Assembly (NCBI GenBank): GCA_905198745.1
Contig: CAJKDU010000007.1
Coordinates: 7,565-71,564 of the forward strand
Direction of reading: 5' to 3'
From: an uncultured Prevotella sp.
GTDB lineage: Bacteria; Bacteroidota; Bacteroidia; Bacteroidales; Bacteroidaceae
DNA length: 64,000 nucleotides
Shown: one piece after another, positions 29,763 to 39,461 of the stretch
How the letters are laid out: every line of letters starts with the position of its first letter
How positions within the stretch are numbered: position 1 is the first letter of the stretch
Program-made: the position numbers and the translations under genes
Notes under the pieces: model-generated
Databases searched by the model: none
The model's input: the letters and a program-made list of their open reading frames with translations, nothing else
What the model was told of the DNA's origin: nothing

Positions 29763-31511
29763 TTAGCCAATGATGTCGAGCATTTGCGGTATGGTGAGGT
29801 TATTGTCCTTGAGCATTTGCTGATAGTCGTAGCGGTCGTAGAGTCCCTTCTTCACTCCGAAGCAGTGAACCTTCATGTCGCTGGGACCATAGAAGCGGGC
29901 AATCTTCTCGCCGAAGCCGCCCTCCAGGGCACCGTCTTCCAAGGTTACCACGGTGTGGTGGTCTTTCTTCAGGTCTTCCAGCATCTCCTTGTCAAGTCCG
30001 GTGATGAAGCGCGGGTTGATGAGCGTGGCGTTGACGCCTCGTTTTTCCTTGAGCGCCTCTGCCAGTTGCTCGCCCAGGGCATGGAAGGCGCCGAGTGCCA
30101 CGATGGCTATGTCACTCCCTTGGCGGGCCTTCTCGAAACGGTCCAGCCGGCTGTAGTCCTCGTCGAAACGACGGTTGCTGTGGGTCACTGCACCGCCGGG
30201 CACACGGATGGCTACGGGGTGTGAGGTTTGGCTGATGCCCCATTTCATCATGGCGCGGTACTCCTCCCAGCAGGTAGGCGCAAGATAGACGAGATTGGGA
30301 ATGTTGCTCAGCATGGGAATGTCGTAGAACCCGATGTGCGTGATGTCGTTCATGCCGAACACCGAACCCATGAACACATTGATGAGGGCAGGGTTGCCGT
30401 TGATGCAAAGGTCTTGGGCAATCTGGTCGTAGGTGCGCTGTATGAAAGTGCTGTAGACGTTGTAGACCGGACGTATGCCACCCTTGGCCATGCCAGAAAT
30501 CATGGCTACGGCTTGCTCCTCGGCAATGCCCACATCGACAAATTGTTTGCCCGCCTCTTCACGTCGGCTGCGGAAGAAGCCTGCCACGGTAGGCGTGCCC
30601 GAGGTCACCGCCACGAGGTGCGGGTCGTGCTTCATCTCCTCGAGGAGGAAAGCACCTGTCAGTTCGCCATAGTTTTCTGCATTTGAAGAGTCTTTCAGCT
30701 TGCCCGTGGCAATGTCGAACGGCATGCTCCAGTGCCAGCGCTCCTTGTCGGTCTCGGCTGGCGTGTAGCCCTTGCCCTTGAGAGTGTGTATATGCACCAC
30801 AACAGGACGCTGGGTGTCTTTCACGCTTTCGAACGTTTGGATGAGCGTTTCCACATTGTTGCCGTCTTCCACATACACGTAGTCCAGGCCCATGGCCCGG
30901 AACAGGTTGCATTCAGCCTGACCGTTGGTCTGGCGCAAGAGAGCGAGGTTCTTGTAGAGGCCGCCGTGGTTTTCGGCTATAGACATTTCGTTGTCGTTCA
31001 CGATGATGATGATGCCTGTGCCCAGTTCACCAGCCTCGTCAAGTCCCTCGAGGGCTTCGCCGCCACTGAGCGAGCCGTCGCCGATGAGCACCACGATGCG
31101 CTCGTCGGTGCCCTTGATGTCGCGTGCCTTCTGCAAACCTGTGGCAAGCGAGATGGAAGTCGACGTGTGGCCCAGTTCAAAGGTGTCGTATTCGGGCGAT
31201 TCGGCAGGACTGCTGTAGCCAGAGATTTCCTGGAAACGGTTGTTGTCATAATAACCGAAACCACGTCCGGTGAGCATCTTGTGTGGATAACTCTGGTGCG
31301 ACACGTCGAACACGAACTTGTCCTTAGGTGCGTTGAACACGTAGTGCATGGCGATGGTGGCCTCCACGATGCCGAGGTTCGGGCCCACGTGGCCGCCTAT
31401 GTTGCTGTCGCGGTTGAGCACGCCTTGGCGTATCTCGCCGGCGAGTTGGTAAAGTTGCTCCATGGAGAGCGCCTTCACGTCTTTGGGAGAATGAATGTTT
31501 TCCAAATACAT
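29763..31511 (-). CDS. dxs: 1-deoxy-D-xylulose-5-phosphate synthase (short-form paralogue)
   Basis: GGHVGPNLG, FDVSHQSYPHK, IGDGSLSGG...NDNEMSI ThDP motif, DVGIAEEQA, STFIQRTYDQ. Confidence 0.88.
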   Translation of the reverse strand: MYLENIHSPKDVKALSMEQLYQLAGEIRQGVLNRDSNIGGHVGPNLGIVEATIAMHYVFNAPKDKFVFDVSHQSYPHKMLTGRGFGYYDNNRFQEISGYSSPAESPEYDTFELGHTSTSISLATGLQKARDIKGTDERIVVLIGDGSLSGGEALEGLDEAGELGTGIIIIVNDNEMSIAENHGGLYKNLALLRQTNGQAECNLFRAMGLDYVYVEDGNNVETLIQTFESVKDTQRPVVVHIHTLKGKGYTPAETDKERWHWSMPFDIATGKLKDSSNAENYGELTGAFLLEEMKHDPHLVAVTSGTPTVAGFFRSRREEAGKQFVDVGIAEEQAVAMISGMAKGGIRPVYNVYSTFIQRTYDQIAQDLCINGNPALINVFMGSVFGMNDITHIGFYDIPMLSNIPNLVYLAPTCWEEYRAMMKWGISQTSHPVAIRVPGGAVTHSNRRFDEDYSRLDRFEKARQGSDIAIVALGAFHALGEQLAEALKEKRGVNATLINPRFITGLDKEMLEDLKKDHHTVVTLEDGALEGGFGEKIARFYGPSDMKVHCFGVKKGLYDRYDYQQMLKDNNLTIPQMLDIIG

Positions 31512-31540
31512 GTCTTTATTTCTTATATCGTTTCACGTTG

Positions 31541-31548
31541 CAAAATTA
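31541..31548 (-). promoter_or_regulatory. -7 promoter box (TAATTTTG) for dxs
   Basis: TAnnTTTG about 30 nt upstream of the start. Confidence 0.6.
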
Positions 31549-31729
31549 CATAATCTTACGGATATAAAAGGTAAACAAATTACAGAATCAGTGAAACAAA
31601 CTACCGAAAGCACCGGATACGCAACGTGTGGGTGAACCGTTAAAATCAATTAAAACCGAGAAGGGGATGCAAGGAACTGTGTCGGGGTGCGTTTCATCAT
31701 CAGTAGAAAACAATAAAACGACAATAGAT

Positions 31730-32992
31730 ATGAACAAGATGATGAAAGGCGCAGCCCTGGTGGGCATGGCGTCGCTGATGATGGCTTGCAGCTCGACCAA
31801 GAAAGCCAACGACAACATGGTGGTGGCAAAGCCGGCTCCAGGCATGGAGATGGATCCGTTCTTTGCCCAGCCTGCCGACGACGATATGGTGGCCAAGAAC
31901 AATACTTTTGCCTGGAACTTCTTCACCCAGGTGTCGGGCATGGACAGCAAGGTGGTGTCGCCGCTGAGCGTGACCTATCTGATGGGTATGCTCGCCAACG
32001 GCGCCAATGGTGCTACTCAGGCTGAAATACTGAACACACTCGGATGGAAGGGTGCCACGGTGGCGGAAATCAACGCTTTCTGCAAGGCTCTCATGCTCAA
32101 TGCAGCCAAGGCAGATCCTTCCACTATTATCAACATAGCCAACTTCATTGCCTACAACAAAACGGCAGAACCCATGAAGCTGGAGTTTGTCAAGGCTGTG
32201 ACCGACAACTATTCGGCAGGCATTGACAGACTTGACTTCACCAGTTCCAAGGCATTGGCCACCATTAACGGCTGGTGCAAGAAGCAGACCGACGGCATGA
32301 TTCCGAAGATTATAGACCAGGTGGAACCCAGTGCGGTGTCCTATCTGCTCAACGCTATCTATTTCAACGGAGCCTGGACCGATAAGTTTAATAAGGAACG
32401 CACGCGTGAGGAGAACTTCCGGGGTTACACACGCAACATCCAGAAGGTGCAAATGATGCACCGCAAGGCCGACTATTACTATGGCTTCAACGATGTGTGC
32501 GCGGCTCTCAACTTGCCCTACGGCAATGGTTCATACCGCATGACCATCCTTCTGCCCAATGAGAACAAGTCTGTACAGGACGTGCTGAAGGAGATGAATC
32601 CTCAGCGTCTTCATGCCCTGACACAGCAGATGGAGGAATACAGGGTGGATGTGAAACTGCCCCGCTTCACGGTGGAGACCTCGCAAGACCTCAACGACAT
32701 CGTGGCAAAACTGGGTGCCCCGACCATGTTCGTAGACGGCAAGGCCGACTTCAGCAATATGGCTGACGGCAGTTTCTTCGTGTCGAAGATGCTCCAGAAG
32801 GCCAAGATAGAAGTGGGCGAAGAGGGCACCAAGGCGGCTGCCGTGACTGCTGCCGTAGTGATGCGTGCCTCTGCCATGCAGGAAGAGCCCCGTACGGCCG
32901 ACTTCCATTGCGACCGTCCGTTCGTGTATCTCATCACCGAGAGCCAGAGTGGTGCCATCCTCTTCATGGGGCAATTCACGGGTAACGAATAA
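31730..32992 (+). CDS. serpin family lipoprotein
   Basis: Lipobox LMMAC, VSPLS, INGWC, LLNAIYFNGAW, hinge EEGTKAAAVT, FHCDRPFVYLI, ILFMG; start at ATG 31730. Confidence 0.95.
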   Translation: MNKMMKGAALVGMASLMMACSSTKKANDNMVVAKPAPGMEMDPFFAQPADDDMVAKNNTFAWNFFTQVSGMDSKVVSPLSVTYLMGMLANGANGATQAEILNTLGWKGATVAEINAFCKALMLNAAKADPSTIINIANFIAYNKTAEPMKLEFVKAVTDNYSAGIDRLDFTSSKALATINGWCKKQTDGMIPKIIDQVEPSAVSYLLNAIYFNGAWTDKFNKERTREENFRGYTRNIQKVQMMHRKADYYYGFNDVCAALNLPYGNGSYRMTILLPNENKSVQDVLKEMNPQRLHALTQQMEEYRVDVKLPRFTVETSQDLNDIVAKLGAPTMFVDGKADFSNMADGSFFVSKMLQKAKIEVGEEGTKAAAVTAAVVMRASAMQEEPRTADFHCDRPFVYLITESQSGAILFMGQFTGNE

Positions 32993-33016
32993 TAGATTGT
33001 AGTTTTGGTGATAACG

Positions 33017-33058
33017 AAAAAGGAGCTGCGACTCGATTGCTTGAGTTGCAGCTCCTTT
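33017..33058. terminator. bidirectional terminator between serpin and rsmD
   Basis: AAAGGAGCTGCGACTC/GAGTTGCAGCTCCTTT stem. Confidence 0.75.
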
Positions 33059-33077
33059 CTGTATCTGTGGGATGCGC

Positions 33078-33608
33078 TTACTTGAATATGCTGAAGTTCA
33101 CGCTGCCGTAGGAACGATGCTCCACAAAGTGTGGATGGTCGGCAAACTGGTGGTCCTTGCCGTGCTCGAAGACGAAGTAGCCTCCCTCGGCAAGCAGGCC
33201 TTTCTCGAAGATGATGTCGGGAATGGTGGGCAACTCCTTGAGCGCATAGGGTGGGTCGGCAAAGATGAAGTCGAACTTCTGTCGGCAGCTTTTCAGGAAT
33301 CTGAACACGTCGCCCCGGATAAGTATGTCGTTGTCCACGCCCAGTTTCTTCACACATTCGCGGATGAACGCGGCATGGTCGCGGTCGGCTTCCACGCTGA
33401 CCACTTCCCGGCATCCGCGCGAGAGCAGTTCGAGCGATATGCTGCCCGTGCCGGCAAACAGGTCGAGGGCAATCGTGTCGTCAAAGTCGAGGTAGCCGTT
33501 CATCACGTTGAAGATGTTCTCCTTGGCGAAGTCTGTGGTGGGCCGCGCCTTGAATGAGCGTGGCACGTCGAAGTGGCGGCCCTTATATAGTCCTGTGATA
33601 ATTCTCAT
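33078..33608 (-). CDS. rsmD: 16S rRNA m2G966 methyltransferase
   Basis: MRIITG, RPTTD, LDLFAGTGS and FADPPY motifs. Confidence 0.93.
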   Translation of the reverse strand: MRIITGLYKGRHFDVPRSFKARPTTDFAKENIFNVMNGYLDFDDTIALDLFAGTGSISLELLSRGCREVVSVEADRDHAAFIRECVKKLGVDNDILIRGDVFRFLKSCRQKFDFIFADPPYALKELPTIPDIIFEKGLLAEGGYFVFEHGKDHQFADHPHFVEHRSYGSVNFSIFK

Positions 33609-33627
33609 GTTCTGTTGGTTTTGCGGG

Positions 33628-34452
33628 TTATGACTTGCTCACGAAGGTGGTGAGCAAATCGAAGGGAAGTTCCTTGATTTGGGTGATGGGGGCACGATTG
33701 AACTCTGCCGATGGGTTGACGATGAACACCTTCTGCACGTATTTCTTCAGACTTCCGGTGAGCCACTCGCTTTGAGGCGTGTTGCCCGCCAGGTGCAATT
33801 CGTCGCGTTCGGCGTCCAGACCCAGCTGTTTCCACACGTAGAGCAGGAAATAGACAGCATCGCGGGCACTCTCGGTGTCGTAGGTATTGGCAAACTTGAA
33901 GCGGTTTTTCTGAAAGCAGACAATGTCCAGCTTGCGGTCGTGGAAGTAGCCGAAGAGTTTCTTCCAGGGTCCGGTGAAACTCCGTCGGTAGAGAAAATTC
34001 CATGCTGGAAGCGAGACGGGTGTGATGCGCAGGTCGGCAAAGTGGTCGTCGAGCACAAGCTTGAGGTCGCGGTTCACTCCGAACGAAGCCACTACATCTT
34101 GCTCTGCCATAGGTTTGTTGAGCACCAGTTCGCCTTCATGTCCCTTGAAAGTGTATTGGTAGAGCGCTTCGCTTAGCGTCTCGTTGAATTCCTCCGAGGG
34201 ATGTAGCAGCACGGGCGAGTCTATGAGCAGCCTGGCCCGTTGGTACCCTTCGGTGAGCAGGGTGCTCTCGCCGAAAGCCTCGCGGAGATTGGCGGCCATG
34301 GACACGCCACTTTTCACGGCGTAAGGCTCATAAACTATTTGTGCCTCCGCCTGTGGATCGGCCACGGAGAAAGACATGGAGGAACGGCTCACCCGGATGA
34401 CGAGCCTATTCTTGAGTCGGGGGAGAGTATGGTTATTCCCAGTTTCCTGCAT
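33628..34452 (-). CDS. DUF3822 family protein
   Basis: FANTY...DAVYFLLYVWKQLG motif; typical position upstream of rsmD. Confidence 0.75.
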   Translation of the reverse strand: MQETGNNHTLPRLKNRLVIRVSRSSMSFSVADPQAEAQIVYEPYAVKSGVSMAANLREAFGESTLLTEGYQRARLLIDSPVLLHPSEEFNETLSEALYQYTFKGHEGELVLNKPMAEQDVVASFGVNRDLKLVLDDHFADLRITPVSLPAWNFLYRRSFTGPWKKLFGYFHDRKLDIVCFQKNRFKFANTYDTESARDAVYFLLYVWKQLGLDAERDELHLAGNTPQSEWLTGSLKKYVQKVFIVNPSAEFNRAPITQIKELPFDLLTTFVSKS

Positions 34453-34903
34453 TGTTGTTTGGTGTTAAGATGTCTCCTATTTTGAGTCCCGGATAACGTC
34501 CGGAGTTGTTGGCTTCCTCAATGAGGCCTGCCGTCTGGTCGGCGTCAAGGTCGGATAGGTAGTCGGCATAGTTGGCCCCGCACTCCATGACGGGCATCTG
34601 GCGGCCAGACTTGCCTATCTTTACGTCGGCAGAGAGTTCAAAGCGCTTGCCTTCCGAGTAGGGGATGAATTGGAGCGAGTCGGCAAGAAAGCCCCCCTGA
34701 ACAAGCGACTGCCAGTTGGCGGTGTAGACACCGTGTCGTTTCCTGTAGCCCTCTTCGGCACGCCTTATCTTCAAGAGCCTTTCCTTGACGGCTCTTTCCC
34801 GCAGCGCCTGCTGCTTGCCGAAGCGGATGGGACTGTAGATGCTCAGCGAAATGAGCACCAAGAGCACCAGCACGCATGCCGTGAGCAGATAATTGTTCTT
34901 CAT
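34433..34903 (-). CDS. conserved hypothetical membrane-anchored protein
   Basis: N-terminal TM helix, C-terminal YPGLKIG...NAGNWE; operonic with DUF3822 and rsmD. Confidence 0.8.
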   Translation of the reverse strand: MKNNYLLTACVLVLLVLISLSIYSPIRFGKQQALRERAVKERLLKIRRAEEGYRKRHGVYTANWQSLVQGGFLADSLQFIPYSEGKRFELSADVKIGKSGRQMPVMECGANYADYLSDLDADQTAGLIEEANNSGRYPGLKIGDILTPNNNAGNWE

Positions 34904-34929
34904 TTAGTTCGCTATTCCACTAATTTGGT

Positions 34930-34947
34930 GTAACTTTGCAAAGTTAC
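34930..34947. promoter_or_regulatory. palindromic bidirectional promoter core
   Basis: Perfect palindrome GTAACTTTGCAAAGTTAC gives TAACTTTG on both strands between divergent genes. Confidence 0.65.
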
Positions 34948-34985
34948 GAAAAAGATTCCACACACTGCAAGAAAACGTTGAAAAG

Positions 34986-36413
34986 ATGTTGCAAGACGAG
35001 ATTGTATACCAGATAGAAACCCACTTTGGTTTTGAACCTACAGACGAGCAGGCGCAAGCCTTACGCACTTTTGCCTCGTTTCTCACTTCCCGCCAGACTC
35101 ATGCTGCCATGATTCTGCGCGGTTCTGCCGGCACGGGCAAGACATCTGTGGCAGGTGCCGTGGTGCGCACGCTGGTAGCGCTCGGGCAGAAGGTGATGCT
35201 CTTGGCGCCTACGGGACGCGCTGCCAAGGTGTTCGGACTTCATGCCGGACAGGCTGCCTTTACCATACACCGAAAGATATACCGCCAAAAGACCTTCACG
35301 GGGGAGATGACGGGGTTCAACCTCAACGACAACTTGCATCAGGACACTCTGTTTATTGTAGACGAGGCGTCGATGATTTCCAATTACAGTTCTTCCGATC
35401 TTGCCTTTGGCAGTGGATGTCTGCTTGACGACTTGATACGCTATGTCTATGCCGGCCGCAACTGCCGGCTCATGCTTATAGGCGACAAAGCGCAGCTTCC
35501 TCCAGTGGGCGACGACGAGTCGCCGGCTCTTTGCGACGGAGTGTTGGAAGGCTATGGGCTGGAAGTGTGGAGTGCCGACCTCAATGAAGTGCTGCGCCAG
35601 TCGGCACAGTCGGGCATACTCTACAATGCCACGGTGGTGCGTTCCATGATTACCCATGATGACATCACGTGTCTGCCCCGTATCCGGTTCTCGGGCTTTG
35701 CTGACATCAGTATGGTGCCGGGCAACGAACTGGTGGAGCAGATAGCGTCGAGTTATGACCAAGTGGGCGAGGACGAAACGATGGTGATCACACGGAGCAA
35801 CAAGCGTGCCAATATCTACAACCAAGGCATTCGCAACATGATTCTCGACCGCGAGGAGGTGCTTGCCGCGGGCGACATGCTGATGGTGGTGAAGAATAAC
35901 TACTTCTGGACCAAGGACGACAAACGGTCGCCTATGGCTTTCATTGCCAACGGCGACCGCTGTGTGGTCTACAGGGTGCGCAACACGAGAGAGCTTTACG
36001 GCTTCCACTTTGCCGACGTGTGGTTGCGTTTTCCTGACTATGATGATTATGAACTGCAGGTGACACTCTGTCTTGACAGTCTGACGTCGGAGGCTCCTGC
36101 CTTGACAAGGGAGCAACAGAACCTTCTGTTCAATGGCATCCTGGAAGACTATGCAGACGTGCCGCTCAAGAGTGACCGCATGAAACGGGTGCGAGAGGAT
36201 ATCTACTATAACGCACTTCAGGTGAAGTATGCCTATGCAGCTACCTGTCATAAGGCACAGGGCGGACAGTGGGCTCACGTGTATGTGGACCAGGGGTATA
36301 TGACGGATGACATGCTCACGCCTGACTATGTGCATTGGCTATACACCGCTTTTACACGTGCCACAGAGAAACTGTACTTGGTCAACTGGCCTAAGGAGCA
36401 GACTATCGGGTAG
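34986..36413 (+). CDS. RecD-like superfamily 1 ATP-dependent helicase
   Basis: GSAGTGKT, LAPTGRAA, IVDEASM, IGDKAQLPPV, TCHKAQG and LYTAFTRA motifs. Confidence 0.9.
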   Translation: MLQDEIVYQIETHFGFEPTDEQAQALRTFASFLTSRQTHAAMILRGSAGTGKTSVAGAVVRTLVALGQKVMLLAPTGRAAKVFGLHAGQAAFTIHRKIYRQKTFTGEMTGFNLNDNLHQDTLFIVDEASMISNYSSSDLAFGSGCLLDDLIRYVYAGRNCRLMLIGDKAQLPPVGDDESPALCDGVLEGYGLEVWSADLNEVLRQSAQSGILYNATVVRSMITHDDITCLPRIRFSGFADISMVPGNELVEQIASSYDQVGEDETMVITRSNKRANIYNQGIRNMILDREEVLAAGDMLMVVKNNYFWTKDDKRSPMAFIANGDRCVVYRVRNTRELYGFHFADVWLRFPDYDDYELQVTLCLDSLTSEAPALTREQQNLLFNGILEDYADVPLKSDRMKRVREDIYYNALQVKYAYAATCHKAQGGQWAHVYVDQGYMTDDMLTPDYVHWLYTAFTRATEKLYLVNWPKEQTIG

Positions 36414-36457
36414 GGTAGCCGAGAGTGGCTTTCGGTCTAAGCATGCCGATTCTACCT

Positions 36458-37939
36458 TTATTTCATCTCAATCGGCGTGCCTATACATCCGTTGGGCATT
36501 TGGATGTGGAGCATGGAGCACACGGTGGCAGCCAGATCGGTGATGTGGGTCGTGCGGGTAGTATGGCCTTGGGGCACGTGCCAACCATAGAAGAGCATGG
36601 GAATGTGGGTGTCGAAGGGGCACCAAGTGCCATGGGTTGTGCCGCCGTGGGGCTTCGTCTTGTCGTCATACACGCCCACAGTCGTGACAATCTGTATGTC
36701 GCCACTGCGCTTGGGATTATAGCCGTTGACGATTTTTTCCTTGATAGGCGAGGGCATGGTGCTTGTTTCCACCTTGTCGAAGGGTACTGCATATTGTATC
36801 TGGTCGTCCTTCACAAGATAGTCGCAGAGTGTCGCTTCCACGTCGTCCAGTTTGAGCCTTGCCTTTTGTATGGCTTCATGGTCGAGATAGATGCGGTATT
36901 CTATCCAATCTTTCACAAGCGGTGTGCTTGTGCTATACTTTTCTTTCAGATATTTGTTGGCGCTTTCTATTTCTGCCGATGCACTCTGCACACCGGCAGC
37001 GAGTTTGTGTGCACGCTGGAAGTCTGCATTGTGAGAAGCAGCATGGTCGGCTGAAAGGAAGGCGAGATAATTGCCTTTGCCGAGTTTGCGGTCGAGCAGG
37101 TCGAAGATTCGCGACAGGTCGCGGTCGAGTTGTATGTAGGCTTCTTGGGTGATGGGCGAGCGGGTGCCGTATTCATGACCGATGTAGTCGGTCGACGAGA
37201 AACTAACGGCGAGGAAGTCGGTCACTTCATGGTTGCCCAGCTCTTCCCCGTTGATGGCCGCCATCGCCATGTCTGCCACGATAGTGTTGCCCATAGGTGT
37301 GAGGCGGATGTCCTTGCTCTGGCAGTGCTGGCGGTTGAAGTCGTTCACCCATTGGGGAAGCTTGTCCATATAGTAGGTGCTGGAGATGAACACCCCGTCC
37401 TTGTTGTCGAACCAGTAGGCTGCATCAGCGGCATGTCCGGCAGGAAGTATGCTGGCGCGGTCTTTGAGAGACACGCCTATAACCTTTGACTTGAAGTCGG
37501 TGGCGAGTTTCAACTGGTCGCCTATGGTCGCCGTGAGCAGGTTGCGCGGCGACATTTTACCCTCCTTGTTGCTGCTTCCCACGGGGGCTACTGTCGGGTC
37601 GTCTGTGCAGTAGGTCTTTTGTCCGTGAATCATGAAGTTGTTGCCTGCTATACCGTTGATGGCAGGAACGCTACCTGTGTAGGTACTGGCATGTCCGGCG
37701 GCAGTGACGCTGGGAATGTAGTTGATGAAATGGTTATCGCAGTTGTAGCCTTCGCTGATCAGACGCTTGAACCCACCTTCTCCGAACTTGTCGTAATAGT
37801 AGTCGAGGTAGTCCCATCGCATTTGATCAACGATGATGCCGATTACCAGTTTGGGATGTTCGTAGGCTCCGCACGATTGTGCCATGGAGGCAATAGCGTA
37901 GCCTGTGAGGAAGAGGGCTGCCAAAATAGTTTTTTTCAT
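36458..37939 (-). CDS. alkaline phosphatase family protein (PafA-like)
   Basis: IIVDQMRWDY, VTAAGHA (Thr nucleophile), SLKDRAS, TDYIGH, SADH, THG; signal peptide; start at ATG 37939. Confidence 0.9.
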   Translation of the reverse strand: MKKTILAALFLTGYAIASMAQSCGAYEHPKLVIGIIVDQMRWDYLDYYYDKFGEGGFKRLISEGYNCDNHFINYIPSVTAAGHASTYTGSVPAINGIAGNNFMIHGQKTYCTDDPTVAPVGSSNKEGKMSPRNLLTATIGDQLKLATDFKSKVIGVSLKDRASILPAGHAADAAYWFDNKDGVFISSTYYMDKLPQWVNDFNRQHCQSKDIRLTPMGNTIVADMAMAAINGEELGNHEVTDFLAVSFSSTDYIGHEYGTRSPITQEAYIQLDRDLSRIFDLLDRKLGKGNYLAFLSADHAASHNADFQRAHKLAAGVQSASAEIESANKYLKEKYSTSTPLVKDWIEYRIYLDHEAIQKARLKLDDVEATLCDYLVKDDQIQYAVPFDKVETSTMPSPIKEKIVNGYNPKRSGDIQIVTTVGVYDDKTKPHGGTTHGTWCPFDTHIPMLFYGWHVPQGHTTRTTHITDLAATVCSMLHIQMPNGCIGTPIEMK

Positions 37940-38025
37940 GAATACTTGTGTGCTTTTTGTTCTTTGTCGGATGCAAAGGTACACATTTCATGTTGTAACG
38001 GCATTTAAAACAAGTGACAATCCTG

Positions 38026-39447
38026 TTACAACAAAGGCGAGAGAAGTCTGACAAGTGATTCCCACAGCCGAGCGAAGAACGGCCTGTGCGATTCGTGGCC
38101 TGTACTGTTAAGCAAGATGCAATGTTTCATATCTTCGATGAACATGGCTTTCATCGCCAAGGCGGTAGGCGCATGGTAGATAAAAGCGTTGGCTTCGAAG
38201 TTGTTTTCAAAACTGCGGAAGTCCACGTTAGTGGAGCCACAAGAGCAGAGTGTGTCGTCGCACACGAGGACTTTGGAGTGGAGAAAGGCACTCGTGTGAA
38301 GATACACTTTCACACCAGCCTCAAGTATCTCGGTCACATAGGAGCGGCTTGCCCACTCTACCAGTTTGGAATCACTGTGGCAGGGAATCATCAGGCGCAC
38401 GTCAACTCCGGCAAGTGCAGCGGTGCGCATGGCGAAGAGAATAGGCTCAGTGGGTAGGAAATAAGGTGATTGCAGATAGACATAACGGCGTGCCGACAGA
38501 AGAATGCGCACATAGCCCTGCATGATGTCGGGCCATGGCGAGACAGGACTGCTTGTCACCGCCTGAACAATGCAGTCGTTGGGCTCCACTTGCTGAGGCG
38601 GATAATATTTCCGGTTGGTGACGAGGGTGCGGTCTACGAAATACCAGTCAACGAGAAAGGCACGCTGAAGTCCGTATACTCCTCCTCCTTCTATCTTGAT
38701 ATGTGTGTCACGCCAAGGTTGCTTGCCGTTGCCCTTGACGTAGCGTAAGGCTATGTTCATGCCTCCGATGAAGCCTGTGGTTCCGTCAACGATGCAAAGC
38801 TTGCGGTGGTTGCGGTAGTTCATCTTGCTGGTGAAGGCTGGGAATTTTACAGGCATGAAGGCGTGAACTTCTATGCCGGCATCACGCATGCGCTCATAGA
38901 AAAGGTTCTTGACGTGCCAGTTGCCCACATCGTCATAGATAACCCTCACTTCCACTCCTTCATGGGCTTTGTCTATCAAGGCATCGGCCACAAGCCTGCC
39001 TAATGGATCGTCTGAAAAGATGTAGGAGTCAAGATGAATGTGGTGCTTAGCCTGTGAGATGGAATGAAGAAGTGCCGGGAAGAAGGCGTAGCCGTCTGTA
39101 TAGGTGGTGATGTGGTTGTTCTTGAACGGAAGGGCCACGCTTTGGTTGATAAAGAGTTTGATGAGTGCCTGGTGTTCGGTGGGGAGGTTAAGTCCACGTT
39201 GCTCCACGTATTCCAGCATGGAGCGCTTGGTCAGTTGGTCCAGACTTCGTTGGCTCACCACCTTCTCCTTGCGCGTGTTCTGCCCGAAAAAGAAATAGAG
39301 CACGATGCCCACAAGTGGCATGAACGAGAGCACAAGAACCCATGCCATGGTTTTGGCAGGTTGGCGGTTGTCCATCAACACATGCAGCATGGCAGCCACG
39401 ACGATAATCGTGTAGGCGAGAATGACGAGCCAGTGTACGTAAATCAT
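38026..39447 (-). CDS. cls: cardiolipin synthase
   Basis: Two N-terminal TM helices and two HKD motifs (HRKLCIVD, HSKVLVCD); start at ATG 39447. Confidence 0.93.
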   Translation of the reverse strand: MIYVHWLVILAYTIIVVAAMLHVLMDNRQPAKTMAWVLVLSFMPLVGIVLYFFFGQNTRKEKVVSQRSLDQLTKRSMLEYVEQRGLNLPTEHQALIKLFINQSVALPFKNNHITTYTDGYAFFPALLHSISQAKHHIHLDSYIFSDDPLGRLVADALIDKAHEGVEVRVIYDDVGNWHVKNLFYERMRDAGIEVHAFMPVKFPAFTSKMNYRNHRKLCIVDGTTGFIGGMNIALRYVKGNGKQPWRDTHIKIEGGGVYGLQRAFLVDWYFVDRTLVTNRKYYPPQQVEPNDCIVQAVTSSPVSPWPDIMQGYVRILLSARRYVYLQSPYFLPTEPILFAMRTAALAGVDVRLMIPCHSDSKLVEWASRSYVTEILEAGVKVYLHTSAFLHSKVLVCDDTLCSCGSTNVDFRSFENNFEANAFIYHAPTALAMKAMFIEDMKHCILLNSTGHESHRPFFARLWESLVRLLSPLL

Positions 39448-39461
39448 ATCTTCCTGTTCTG

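Noticed and set aside
29522..29773. Short ORFs over the repeat copies (also 43960-44160, 52063-52254, 52433-52810, 6464-6706)
   Set aside because: Frames and strands differ between copies and no reading frame is conserved, so they are by-products of the non-coding repeat
34986..36413. RecD-like helicase as a defence-system component
   Set aside because: No nuclease or other defence genes nearby; it sits in a housekeeping context next to the rsmD operon
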